NCBI GenBank assembly: GCA_023489485.1
Contig: JAMDCU010000131.1
Location: 24,862-88,861, forward strand
Source of the DNA: Chloroflexota bacterium
Lineage (GTDB): Bacteria > Chloroflexota > Anaerolineae > UBA4142
Reading direction: 5' to 3'
DNA length: 64,000 nt
Positions 46,083-54,243 of the stretch are shown here, piece by piece. The notes beneath the pieces are model-generated. The model searched no databases and was not told where the DNA came from. It saw only the letters and a program-made list of their open reading frames with translations. Within the stretch, counting starts at the first letter, position 1. The number at the start of each line of letters is the position of its first letter. Both the position numbers and the translations under genes were made by a program.

Positions 46083-48571
46083 CCTGGACTGTGTCTGCAC
46101 TCTCAATTAGAGGCGTCAAAGGAGTGCTTGACCGTGCGGGCGATTTTCGGCTTAAGCCAAAGGACGGCAAGCCAAAATCGATTGCCATTTTTGGACGAAA
46201 TGGACACGGCAAAAGTGGCTATGCGGATGCAGTGGAATACCTATTCTCTCTGGATGGCGCAGTTGAGCACCTCGGCAAGGGCGGAGCAGACAGCGAGCAA
46301 GGCGGCAAGCACGCTATACCGCATGTTCTGGCCGCTGAGAAGGGGATCAACCCCGAGATATCAGTCGAATTCACTGAAATTGAGACCGGCAAGCGAATTC
46401 TGGCAAAGCGCCCCGTTGTCACCGGCCGAATTGATGCAAGACCGCCGGAGTTGGAAGCGGTCTTGGCACAGTCACCAGCACATCGAATACTTAGGCAGCA
46501 TGACCTTCGTCGTTTTGTTGTGGAGATGGCTCCCGGGGAGAAGTTTGCTGAATTTGCCAAATGGATTGGTTTAGAGGGCATGGCCCGGCTCCTTTTGCAC
46601 CTAACTACCACAGAGAACACGCTTGGAGACACAGACGTTGATCGGGAAATCTCCGAGCGTCTCAAGAGTATCGTATCCCAAACCTCAGGGGCAGTTACAG
46701 CGTTTGACAAGGATACGATAATCAAGTGGTGTCGCGCAGAGTGCGAGAGACATGCCGGCGAGATTCCGCCTAGCTCATCGCCCGAAAACATCGAGCATCT
46801 CTTGGACGTTCTACGTTCATGCCGCGAAACAGTCTTTCTTCAGTCCAAAACCGCGGAAGCCATTACGTTGAAAAGCCAGATGCAGAAAGCCTTGGATGTT
46901 CTTGTTGGAGCGAACGGACGTCTTGCATTGGTTTCCAATGCTGTAATCAGTGCACTGGAAGCAGAACGTGCTCGCGACGAGGCGCAGAGCAGAGCAAGCC
47001 AGAGTGTATTTCAGGAAATCTGGGAGCGTGCAAGACTGCTCCTGGAAACGAAGGAACTCGATACGTGTCCAGTTTGCCAAACGCCATGGCCAGACACCGT
47101 GGCCGGCTCTGCGGATGGAGCCCTCGTTTTCCTCAGACGAAGCCTGGAATCATTGTCGCAATTCAAGAAGAGTGAAACTCATTATCAGCGACAGAGAGAG
47201 ACGCTCAAGGATACTCTGCAGACAATTCGGCAATCGTTGACCAACGTAACTGAGCTCGCAAAGGCTTTATCGCTTGAATCCGTTCTCAATCAGATCCACG
47301 GACTTGATGCGACGTGTAGTTCACTGGTGCAATCGCGACAGCCCCTGCAGCAGCTTCAAGACCCAATTGCCGATTTTGTCGCAAATTGCTCCGTCCTTGC
47401 TGTTGAAAGTATTCCCCTCGCGATGTCTGGCCAAGCAATAGTGTGCGGCTCTGCGACGGTATCAGAAATCGACGTGGCAATAAGGCGCTTGGAGCTCCTC
47501 CAAGAGTCTGTATCTAGATTAGAAATTCTGACTCGACAGCAGGCCGAGATTCGGAACGTGGAGATGCAATTCAAGAGAGTCGCCGACAAAATAAGATCCG
47601 AAGCCAAGACTGTTGCTGATAATGCCATCGACGCGTTGCGCTCTGACGTAGAAAAGATTTACAAGACAATCCACCCAGGGGGAGCAATTCCGAATATCTT
47701 TATTGAGATCGATGCAGACAAGAAGACTCTGACTATGCGTGTGAATTTCCATTCTAAGCAGAGGAAGGTACCACCAGGAGGATATCTCAGCGAATCTCAG
47801 ATAAACACGTTGGGGCTGGCGCTGTTTTTGAGTTCGGTGCGCTTGTTCAACAAAGATTTCCCGTTCATCTTTCTTGACGACATAGTCTCTTCGTACGATG
47901 CCGACAATCGCGCACGAATTGTAGATGTCCTAGCCGAATTCATGGATGGATTTCAGATTTTCCTCACGAGTCATGACGAGAGGTTCTATGCTCACCTGAA
48001 GCATCGTTTGGAAGGAAGCGGGTGGCTTTTTGAGCGAATCTCGGGCTATGATTTCGATAGGGGACCTCGAAGAGAAGCAGACAATATCCGACCCGACGAG
48101 ATAGAGAGTCTGCTCACAGAAGGAGACGCAAATCTCGCGGGAAACGCTGTAAGGCAGTACATGGAGGAGTGGTTTGACAGAATTTGCGAAAAATACGAGG
48201 TACGCACGATTCACCGAAGAGATGCTCGGGAGTATCAGCGGACGTTGGCTGACTACTGGCAACCTTTTGCTGAGCGCGCTCTCGGGTTGGGAGGGAGTTA
48301 TGGGACTTACCTAGCCGACTCACTTCCGTTTCAGCGTCTGAAGGCTACCCCACTTATCAACTACTACAGCCACTATCAAGCCAATCCATATGAGTGGTCG
48401 TCATTAGGCGATGTGAAGTACGTTTGGGCTGAGTTCCGAGCATTCATAAAACTCTTCAATTGTGCCGGTTGCGGAAAAATACTCAAGTTTGATAACTCTG
48501 AGTCTAAACTCTACTGCACATGTGGGAAAGCCATCTTCCCGACAAACAATGGCGCTGCCGTGTCAGATTGA
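46079..48571 (+). CDS. Rad50/SMC-like ABC ATPase with CxxC hook, RloC/PrrC (AAA_13)-like
   Basis: Walker A 'GRNGHGKSG'. A long helical insert carries 'CPVC' (47066-47077). Signature 'LSESQ', Walker B 'FIFLDDIV' and H-loop 'LTSHD'. The C-terminal region has 'RQYME' (R-x3-E), 'NYYSH' and a 'CAGCG...CTCG' zinc ribbon. Confidence 0.8.
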   Translation: MTWTVSALSIRGVKGVLDRAGDFRLKPKDGKPKSIAIFGRNGHGKSGYADAVEYLFSLDGAVEHLGKGGADSEQGGKHAIPHVLAAEKGINPEISVEFTEIETGKRILAKRPVVTGRIDARPPELEAVLAQSPAHRILRQHDLRRFVVEMAPGEKFAEFAKWIGLEGMARLLLHLTTTENTLGDTDVDREISERLKSIVSQTSGAVTAFDKDTIIKWCRAECERHAGEIPPSSSPENIEHLLDVLRSCRETVFLQSKTAEAITLKSQMQKALDVLVGANGRLALVSNAVISALEAERARDEAQSRASQSVFQEIWERARLLLETKELDTCPVCQTPWPDTVAGSADGALVFLRRSLESLSQFKKSETHYQRQRETLKDTLQTIRQSLTNVTELAKALSLESVLNQIHGLDATCSSLVQSRQPLQQLQDPIADFVANCSVLAVESIPLAMSGQAIVCGSATVSEIDVAIRRLELLQESVSRLEILTRQQAEIRNVEMQFKRVADKIRSEAKTVADNAIDALRSDVEKIYKTIHPGGAIPNIFIEIDADKKTLTMRVNFHSKQRKVPPGGYLSESQINTLGLALFLSSVRLFNKDFPFIFLDDIVSSYDADNRARIVDVLAEFMDGFQIFLTSHDERFYAHLKHRLEGSGWLFERISGYDFDRGPRREADNIRPDEIESLLTEGDANLAGNAVRQYMEEWFDRICEKYEVRTIHRRDAREYQRTLADYWQPFAERALGLGGSYGTYLADSLPFQRLKATPLINYYSHYQANPYEWSSLGDVKYVWAEFRAFIKLFNCAGCGKILKFDNSESKLYCTCGKAIFPTNNGAAVSD

Positions 48572-49005
48572 GCATGCACGAATTTCGGAAGAGCGAGGCG
48601 AGTTCCAGATTTCGCGGGTCATTCACGTTGCATCTCCTCTATGTACAGTCGTCACCTATTTGCCAATAGTTGGTGTGGCGTATTCGAAGCGCCTGTGCAG
48701 AACTGAGGCGGCCAGCGCATTATCCCTAAAGGGCACGCCTGATCTCGGTGATGAACGCGTCCGTCATTGATTTGCCAACGATGTGCGCCAGATACTGCCG
48801 TGCTGGAAGATTGACAAACGCTAGCGAGTAACGAGTTCGCCCCTCCGCATTTTCCCTCTGACTGGCCTGCCACTTTCGATGCTCGAACAGAATTTCCCTC
48901 AGCTCCAACACAATCACACATCAGAACGGCTTTGCTGACACTGTGCCGAGACTTACTACGAGCCATTACCCAGCTTCGGACTCCCAAATATCGCTGTCGA
49001 TTATC

Positions 49006-49065
49006 GCACCTTTTGGTCCCGATTGTTTGCACTTATTGGTTCCATAGCCTTGCACCTTTTGGTCC
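49006..49065. repeat. Three iteron-like direct repeats at 23-bp phasing
   Basis: GCACCTTTTGGTCC at 49006 and 49052 are identical, and GCACTTATTGGTTCC sits at 49029. An inverted core CCAAAAGG lies at 49097-49104, and a perfect palindrome GGCAGGCCTGCC at 49103-49114. Confidence 0.55.
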
Positions 49066-50018
49066 GGGTAAACTCATTGAGACCTCAAGAATCCAGCCAA
49101 AAGGCAGGCCTGCCACCCCAAATTGCCGCGACCATCTTATATATACTCTCTTCATCCCTAGCATCTGCGTTTTGTCCATCATTGTCACTCGCCTGCGTCC
49201 ACTTGTCATTTCTTCTTTGTCTCGTTTCCTCCTGAAAGTATTGACTTGCCCCTATTCCATACCGTATACTGATCTCAGTTTCTTTTACATGGTCTCATTC
49301 GTCGCCTGGGACGATTGCCCTCGTATCTGCTTTCATGCGAGGTGAGTTCAACTGTAGGTGTCATGGTCTCTCGGTTGAACTGAATGATGTATCCTTCGAT
49401 ACGATCTTTTGGCTGTCCTTGGATACATTAGAGCTCCAGCCCTGAAAGCAATCAACTCCATATTTCATCACGCGAAGCCATTACTCCGTGTGATTTGTTG
49501 CGCCTTCAAAAGCCTGTCTCCACGAATCCGTCGTTGAGCGGGCTTTTTGCGTTTCTCGTCTCGGTAGCTTGGGTACTGACGTTCCCTGCTCCACATCTCA
49601 AGACATCGACACAAACTCGAGACATCCCCGGGTCGTGATGCGTCACGGCGTGGGGACGTTTTGTTTCCACAATCTCATCTGAAGGGAGGTGATCTTCTTG
49701 AAGGAGGCATTGATGATCTTTGCTGCTCTCGGAGCCTGCGCGTATCTGGCCGCGCAGGCACTGCTCCATCTGTTGCAGCCATTGTTCGTCGTGCTCTCCG
49801 GTCACATGCACTAGGCGTGGTGCGCTCAGGAGAGAAACATTCCAAACCAAAGGAAGTGAGAGCTTGAAGAAAGACGACGTGTTCGCGCTACTGTTGCTAA
49901 TTGGCACGGCACTGTACTTTGGCGCGCACGTGGCTGCGGCTCTCTTGCGGCCCGTGATGCCCGCCGTCGTCAATGCGATGTCGAGGTGACGCCGACTCTG
50001 CACGAAGGAGAAAACGCG

Positions 50019-50276
50019 ATGAGACACTCGCACAAGGCTGGTTGTCGCTGCGCGGATTGCCTGAGCGAATTCGATCGCCGGCAATCAGCGGCAGCTCAGT
50101 TGTACTCGCTACTGGACATGCGATGGATTGGCATTCGCGCCGCCGTCGCGTACGCCGAGTTCGCTCGCCAGGGGATTGAGGAAGCGTTTCCGCCGCAAGC
50201 AAAAAATGCACTCGGTCTCTTGCGACAGCACAATGCCGGGGTGCTGAACAATCTCTTGGCAGATATTCTCGATTGA
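50019..50276 (+). CDS. Small protein with an N-terminal GCRCxxC motif
   Basis: RBS GAAGGAG before the ATG at 50019. 'HKAGCRCADCL' is a Cys motif. The track ORF starts at 49986. Confidence 0.45.
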   Translation: MRHSHKAGCRCADCLSEFDRRQSAAAQLYSLLDMRWIGIRAAVAYAEFARQGIEEAFPPQAKNALGLLRQHNAGVLNNLLADILD

Positions 50277-50371
50277 CGGAGGCAAGTATTCGACAGGAAA
50301 GTTATCGAAGCAATGCGAAAAGTGGACATTAGCTCAGGCAGGCAAACAACTGATTCCAAGCGGAGGAAAGC

Positions 50372-51625
50372 ATGGAAACGATGATGAACACGATCGGTGA
50401 ACTCGCTCTCGTTGGCGCAGGCCCCGTGGTAGTAGTCGCTCCGGAGGAAATGGAAGCGGCCGGGCAAAAAGAAAACGCCCTGGAGTTCGCGGCTCCAAAG
50501 GCGTCTTTCGTGGCTTTCGCCACAGATCAACCTACAACTGAATATACGACGGAAGCGGATGTTTGTCAAGGGATTTGGATCCCGACTTTCGATGAAATCG
50601 AGGCGATTATCGCCGGCGCTGCTCAAAGGCGCATCGAAAGCGCCTTCAGCGAGGTGCAGGACACCCGCGCACGGATCGAACGGGAGCGCATGGCACGAGA
50701 AATGGCGCTGCAGACGTGTCAGAGCCGCTTGAACGAGACAAAAACGGCGCTCGCGAAGCTCGGCGATGAGCGCACGTCAATGGAACAGCGGGCGAGGGCT
50801 TTTCTGGGCGGCGAGGAACTGAAAACGCTGCTGGAAAAGATCCATATCGCATTCAATGCCCGCCAGTTGCAGATGGAGACAACGCTCTCGGCAACCGAAG
50901 CTGAGGTCGCTGAATCGACAACTGAGGCACAGGCGGCGAGCGTAAGTGATTCTCTCGAACTGCAACTCCTCGAGCAGGAATTGGAACGGCTCGAATTGGC
51001 AGCCCCCGATGTGGCAGAGAACGTGCGCCTGGTCGCCACCGCGGTGGACAACCTCAGTGCAGCCAGGCAGGCGATTGAGGAAGGACTGTTGCGGGATGCC
51101 GTCGTGCTAATCGAACAGGCGAAAGCCGGCCAAGCTGATCCCTCCCTGGTGGCGGAAGTTGAGCAGGTTCTGGCGGAAGCTCAGCAGGCGAAGTTGGCAC
51201 GGCATCTGATTGCCCGCATCACCGCCAACCCGGACCAGCCGGGTGCCCTGAGGCGCATTCACCAGCTTATGGAGGAAGCACAGCACGCAGGCGTGGAAGA
51301 CAAGGTGAAAGTGTTTGCCGATCGCGCTCTTGAGACCGCACGCGATGCTGCGAATGCTCGGTTCGCCCAGGCACGACCGATTGCTGACCATTTGGTGAGC
51401 GAAGGATTTGTTCCAGTCGTGGGAGACGGACGGATTGAAGCGTGGATGCCGGTCGCACGCAATGGACACGGTGAAGTCTGGTCGCTGGATCGCATTCTGA
51501 CCTTGCGTGGACGAGAGGAATGGATCACCGAGACGCCGCGCAACCCGATCACGCGCAGGGAATTGCCGCTGCGTGTACGCCATTCCCGGTGGTACCGCGC
51601 GGCGGTCGAGAATCCCGCCGGCTAA
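50372..51625 (+). CDS. Hypothetical coiled-coil protein
   Basis: 417-aa ORF with long Ala/Glu/Gln-rich helical segments and no catalytic motif. Followed by a strong hairpin. Confidence 0.55.
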   Translation: METMMNTIGELALVGAGPVVVVAPEEMEAAGQKENALEFAAPKASFVAFATDQPTTEYTTEADVCQGIWIPTFDEIEAIIAGAAQRRIESAFSEVQDTRARIERERMAREMALQTCQSRLNETKTALAKLGDERTSMEQRARAFLGGEELKTLLEKIHIAFNARQLQMETTLSATEAEVAESTTEAQAASVSDSLELQLLEQELERLELAAPDVAENVRLVATAVDNLSAARQAIEEGLLRDAVVLIEQAKAGQADPSLVAEVEQVLAEAQQAKLARHLIARITANPDQPGALRRIHQLMEEAQHAGVEDKVKVFADRALETARDAANARFAQARPIADHLVSEGFVPVVGDGRIEAWMPVARNGHGEVWSLDRILTLRGREEWITETPRNPITRRELPLRVRHSRWYRAAVENPAG

Positions 51626-51645
51626 CGGTGGATGTGTGGTTATCC

Positions 51646-51690
51646 CAGCTCCCTGTCGGAGTCTGCCCGCCGGGCTCCGACAGGGAGCTG
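51646..51690 (+). terminator. Perfect 16-bp inverted repeat (hairpin or protein-binding palindrome)
   Basis: CAGCTCCCTGTCGGAG (51646-51661) pairs with CTCCGACAGGGAGCTG (51675-51690) across a 13-nt loop, 20 nt after the stop at 51625. No T-tract follows. Confidence 0.45.
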
Positions 51691-51729
51691 AACGAATTAC
51701 GAGAGCAGGTCGAGGAGTGATAACCCAAT

Positions 51730-54243
51730 GTGATCGCTCTTCACGAACTGAATGCTGAACAGCGGGCCGTCGTCAAGCGCGTGAACGGACCGCTCCTGGT
51801 GCTCGCGGGTGCCGGCAGCGGTAAGACGCGGACGCTCACCTACCGCATCGCGCACATTCTCGATCAAGGGCTCACGTCGCCCCACGGCATCCTGGCGATC
51901 ACATTCACTCGCAAAGCGGCGTGGGAGATGCGCCGGCGCTTGGAGCAACTGGTCGGTGTCGGTGCCGCGGACATCACCGCCGTCACCTTCCATAGCCTCG
52001 GATACAAGATCCTGTGCGCCGAGAGCGGGGCGCTGGGCTTCAAAGCGGATGCGCTCTCGATCTCGGATGGCTCTGAGGCAAGGCGGCTGCTCAAGCGCGC
52101 CATGAAAGAAACCGACATGGACAGCACCCGCTGGGATGTGGAGCAGGTCGCCGCGATCATCGAACGCGCAAAGGACAATCTGTATGCGCCGGACGCCTTC
52201 ATCCAGGTCAAAGGCGATTTCTTTCAAGAGTCGATGGCGAAGGCGTACACCCGCTATCAACAGCTCCTGAAAGAGAACAACGCCGTCGACTACGCCGACC
52301 TGGTGCGATTGAGTGTGCAACTGCTGCAGCAGAATCCACAAACACTGGCCTTCTATCAGCAGTTGTTTCGCTATGTCTCAGTGGATGAATTCCAGGACAC
52401 CAGTTTTGGACAGTATCAGCTCATCCGCCTGCTCGTCTGGAGTCATCGCAATCTCTGCTGCGTCGGCTCGCCGGTGCAAGCCATCTACTCTTGGCGCGGC
52501 GCGGATATCGCTAACATGCTGCATCGCTTTCGGGAAGATTTCCCCAAGGCGCCGAGAGTCGTGTTACATGCCAACTATCGCTGTACCCAAAGGATTCTCA
52601 ATGCGGCGCAGCAAGTGGTCAGTGACCTACCGTACCGCGAAGAGCTGACGACCGAGAACGCGGAAGGCGATCCGATCGCAATCGCCGCGTCTCACACCGA
52701 CTGGGACGAGTCCAACTACATCGCGGCCGAGATCGAGCGGTTGGCACAGGACGCACACTACCGATTCGAGGACTGCGCCATCCTCTTTCGCACGCGTGCT
52801 CAAGGAAGACTCTTCGAGCAGGTGCTCATGCACCGCGGCCTGCCGTACACCCTGGTCGGCGACTTTCGGTTCTTTGAACGACGCGAGATCAAGGACCTGC
52901 TCGCCTACCTGCGTCTGGTGCACGATATCTTCGACGCGGGCGCTTTGCAGCGCATCATCAACCGACCGCCTCGCGGGCTAGGGACTGCCGCACTTGCCAA
53001 GTTGCAGCGGGGCGCGCCTGAACTGACATCTGATGTATTGACCGGTCTTCACGACCGTGATGACTTGCCTGCGAAGGTGAAGCAGGCAGCGCTCGCGTTT
53101 GCTTCCCTGCTGTTTGATGATCTGGCCATGGCGGCGAAGGACAAGACACTCCCTGCGCTGATCGACCACATCCTTGTCCGCTCCGGTTACTTGGAGTGGG
53201 TCAAGGGGGATGCAGAAGCCAAACAGCGGCTGGCGAACCTCGCACAGTTCCGCGTGCTCGCACAGCGTTACGAGGGAGTGTCGGATGCACTCGCCTCCTT
53301 CCTCGGCGACATCGCGACGATGGGCGACCAGGATATCGGCATCCCGATGGAGACGCGGGGCGTTACGCTAGCGACGATCCACGCCGTCAAGGGACTCGAG
53401 TTTCCGATAGTTTTCGTGGCTGGCCTAGAGGAAGGAATCTTCCCGCACGCCAAGGCGCTAAGGCAGCCGAATGGGATCGAAGAGGAACAACGGCTGGCGT
53501 ATGTCGGGATGACACGCGCCATGATCAAACTTTATCTGTCGTATGCCAGAACGAGACAGAACGGAGCGGGTCCCATTGAATGCACCCCCAGCCGTTTTAT
53601 CGCACGATTGCCAAAGGAGATCGTCGAGCGAGTCTCCGCCTCATCGCCTGCGACGGTTGCCTCGGCTCCAGTTGTGGATAAACCCATTGAAACTGTGGAA
53701 AACGAACCCCCTTTCACCGATGAATCGGAAGAAGCGGTAATCCCCATCGGCGAAGAGGCGGTCCAAGTCGCAGAGCCTACAGCGGAAACGGCTGAGGTGG
53801 CGGCGGACGCGGAATCCGATCTGGACGGTTGGCTCGCGGAGGGCCAGGATTCGTGGAACGAATATGAGGCTGAACGAGCGCAGGAAATCGAAGCGTGGGT
53901 GCTCTCAGAACTGGAGGGAGATAATACCGACCTCGAAGCGGAGGCGCTCGCTAATGGCGAGATCGAGATCCCGGAGGAGATGGAAGCTCTCATGGCTGAG
54001 GCGCAGAGCGACCTTCTGGACCATGAGATGGCGCTCGCCGAAATCGCTTATGAGCGACAAGAGGCTGCCAAGGGACAAGCGTCTGTGGCTCCGCTAGAAA
54101 GGATGGAGACCGAAGAAGACGAACCGCTGGATTACGACGCTCTGCTTAGTGAGTACGCCGAGGAAATCGCCGAGCACGAGCGGTGGAAAGAACGTACCGG
54201 CATGAATCAACAAAAGAAGCGAAGCTATGCTCTCGCCGCATAG
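51730..54243 (+). CDS. UvrD/PcrA/Rep-family DNA helicase with a long acidic C-terminal tail
   Basis: 'AGAGSGKTRTL', 'DEFQDTS', 'GSPVQAIYSWRGA', 'NYRCT', 'HAVKGLEFP' and 'YVGMTRA'. The last ~200 aa are Glu/Asp/Ala-rich. GTG start. Confidence 0.92.
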   Translation: MIALHELNAEQRAVVKRVNGPLLVLAGAGSGKTRTLTYRIAHILDQGLTSPHGILAITFTRKAAWEMRRRLEQLVGVGAADITAVTFHSLGYKILCAESGALGFKADALSISDGSEARRLLKRAMKETDMDSTRWDVEQVAAIIERAKDNLYAPDAFIQVKGDFFQESMAKAYTRYQQLLKENNAVDYADLVRLSVQLLQQNPQTLAFYQQLFRYVSVDEFQDTSFGQYQLIRLLVWSHRNLCCVGSPVQAIYSWRGADIANMLHRFREDFPKAPRVVLHANYRCTQRILNAAQQVVSDLPYREELTTENAEGDPIAIAASHTDWDESNYIAAEIERLAQDAHYRFEDCAILFRTRAQGRLFEQVLMHRGLPYTLVGDFRFFERREIKDLLAYLRLVHDIFDAGALQRIINRPPRGLGTAALAKLQRGAPELTSDVLTGLHDRDDLPAKVKQAALAFASLLFDDLAMAAKDKTLPALIDHILVRSGYLEWVKGDAEAKQRLANLAQFRVLAQRYEGVSDALASFLGDIATMGDQDIGIPMETRGVTLATIHAVKGLEFPIVFVAGLEEGIFPHAKALRQPNGIEEEQRLAYVGMTRAMIKLYLSYARTRQNGAGPIECTPSRFIARLPKEIVERVSASSPATVASAPVVDKPIETVENEPPFTDESEEAVIPIGEEAVQVAEPTAETAEVAADAESDLDGWLAEGQDSWNEYEAERAQEIEAWVLSELEGDNTDLEAEALANGEIEIPEEMEALMAEAQSDLLDHEMALAEIAYERQEAAKGQASVAPLERMETEEDEPLDYDALLSEYAEEIAEHERWKERTGMNQQKKRSYALAA

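Larger units (their letters stand above)
14294..48571. other. Cargo and defence island (TIR operon, nucleases, BREX, AddAB-like pair, DUF2726/ABC-ATPase cluster)
   Basis: Genes from 14294 to 42666 are all on the minus strand, opposite to the flanking element backbone. Several stretches are visibly more AT-rich than the backbone. The content is dominated by defence-type domains. Confidence 0.6.

Noticed and set aside
48726-48917. 63-aa minus-strand ORF ('...RTRYSLAFVNLPARQYLAHIVGKSMTDAFITEIRRAL') that looks like the C-terminal fragment of a real protein
   Set aside because: It has no start context or RBS, it is short, and I could not assign a family. It may be a gene remnant at the island junction, but the evidence is too weak to annotate.
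49506-50084. 192-aa minus-strand ORF in the spacer region, and a possible 41-aa + strand TM peptide (TTG 49864-49989)
   Set aside because: The minus ORF is low-complexity with no RBS or motif. The small + strand peptide has a hydrophobic helix and a stop overlapping the next ORF, but it relies on a TTG start and is too short to support.
51697-52341. 214-aa minus-strand ORF at the start of the helicase gene
   Set aside because: It is antisense to the Walker A region of a well-supported UvrD-family gene.
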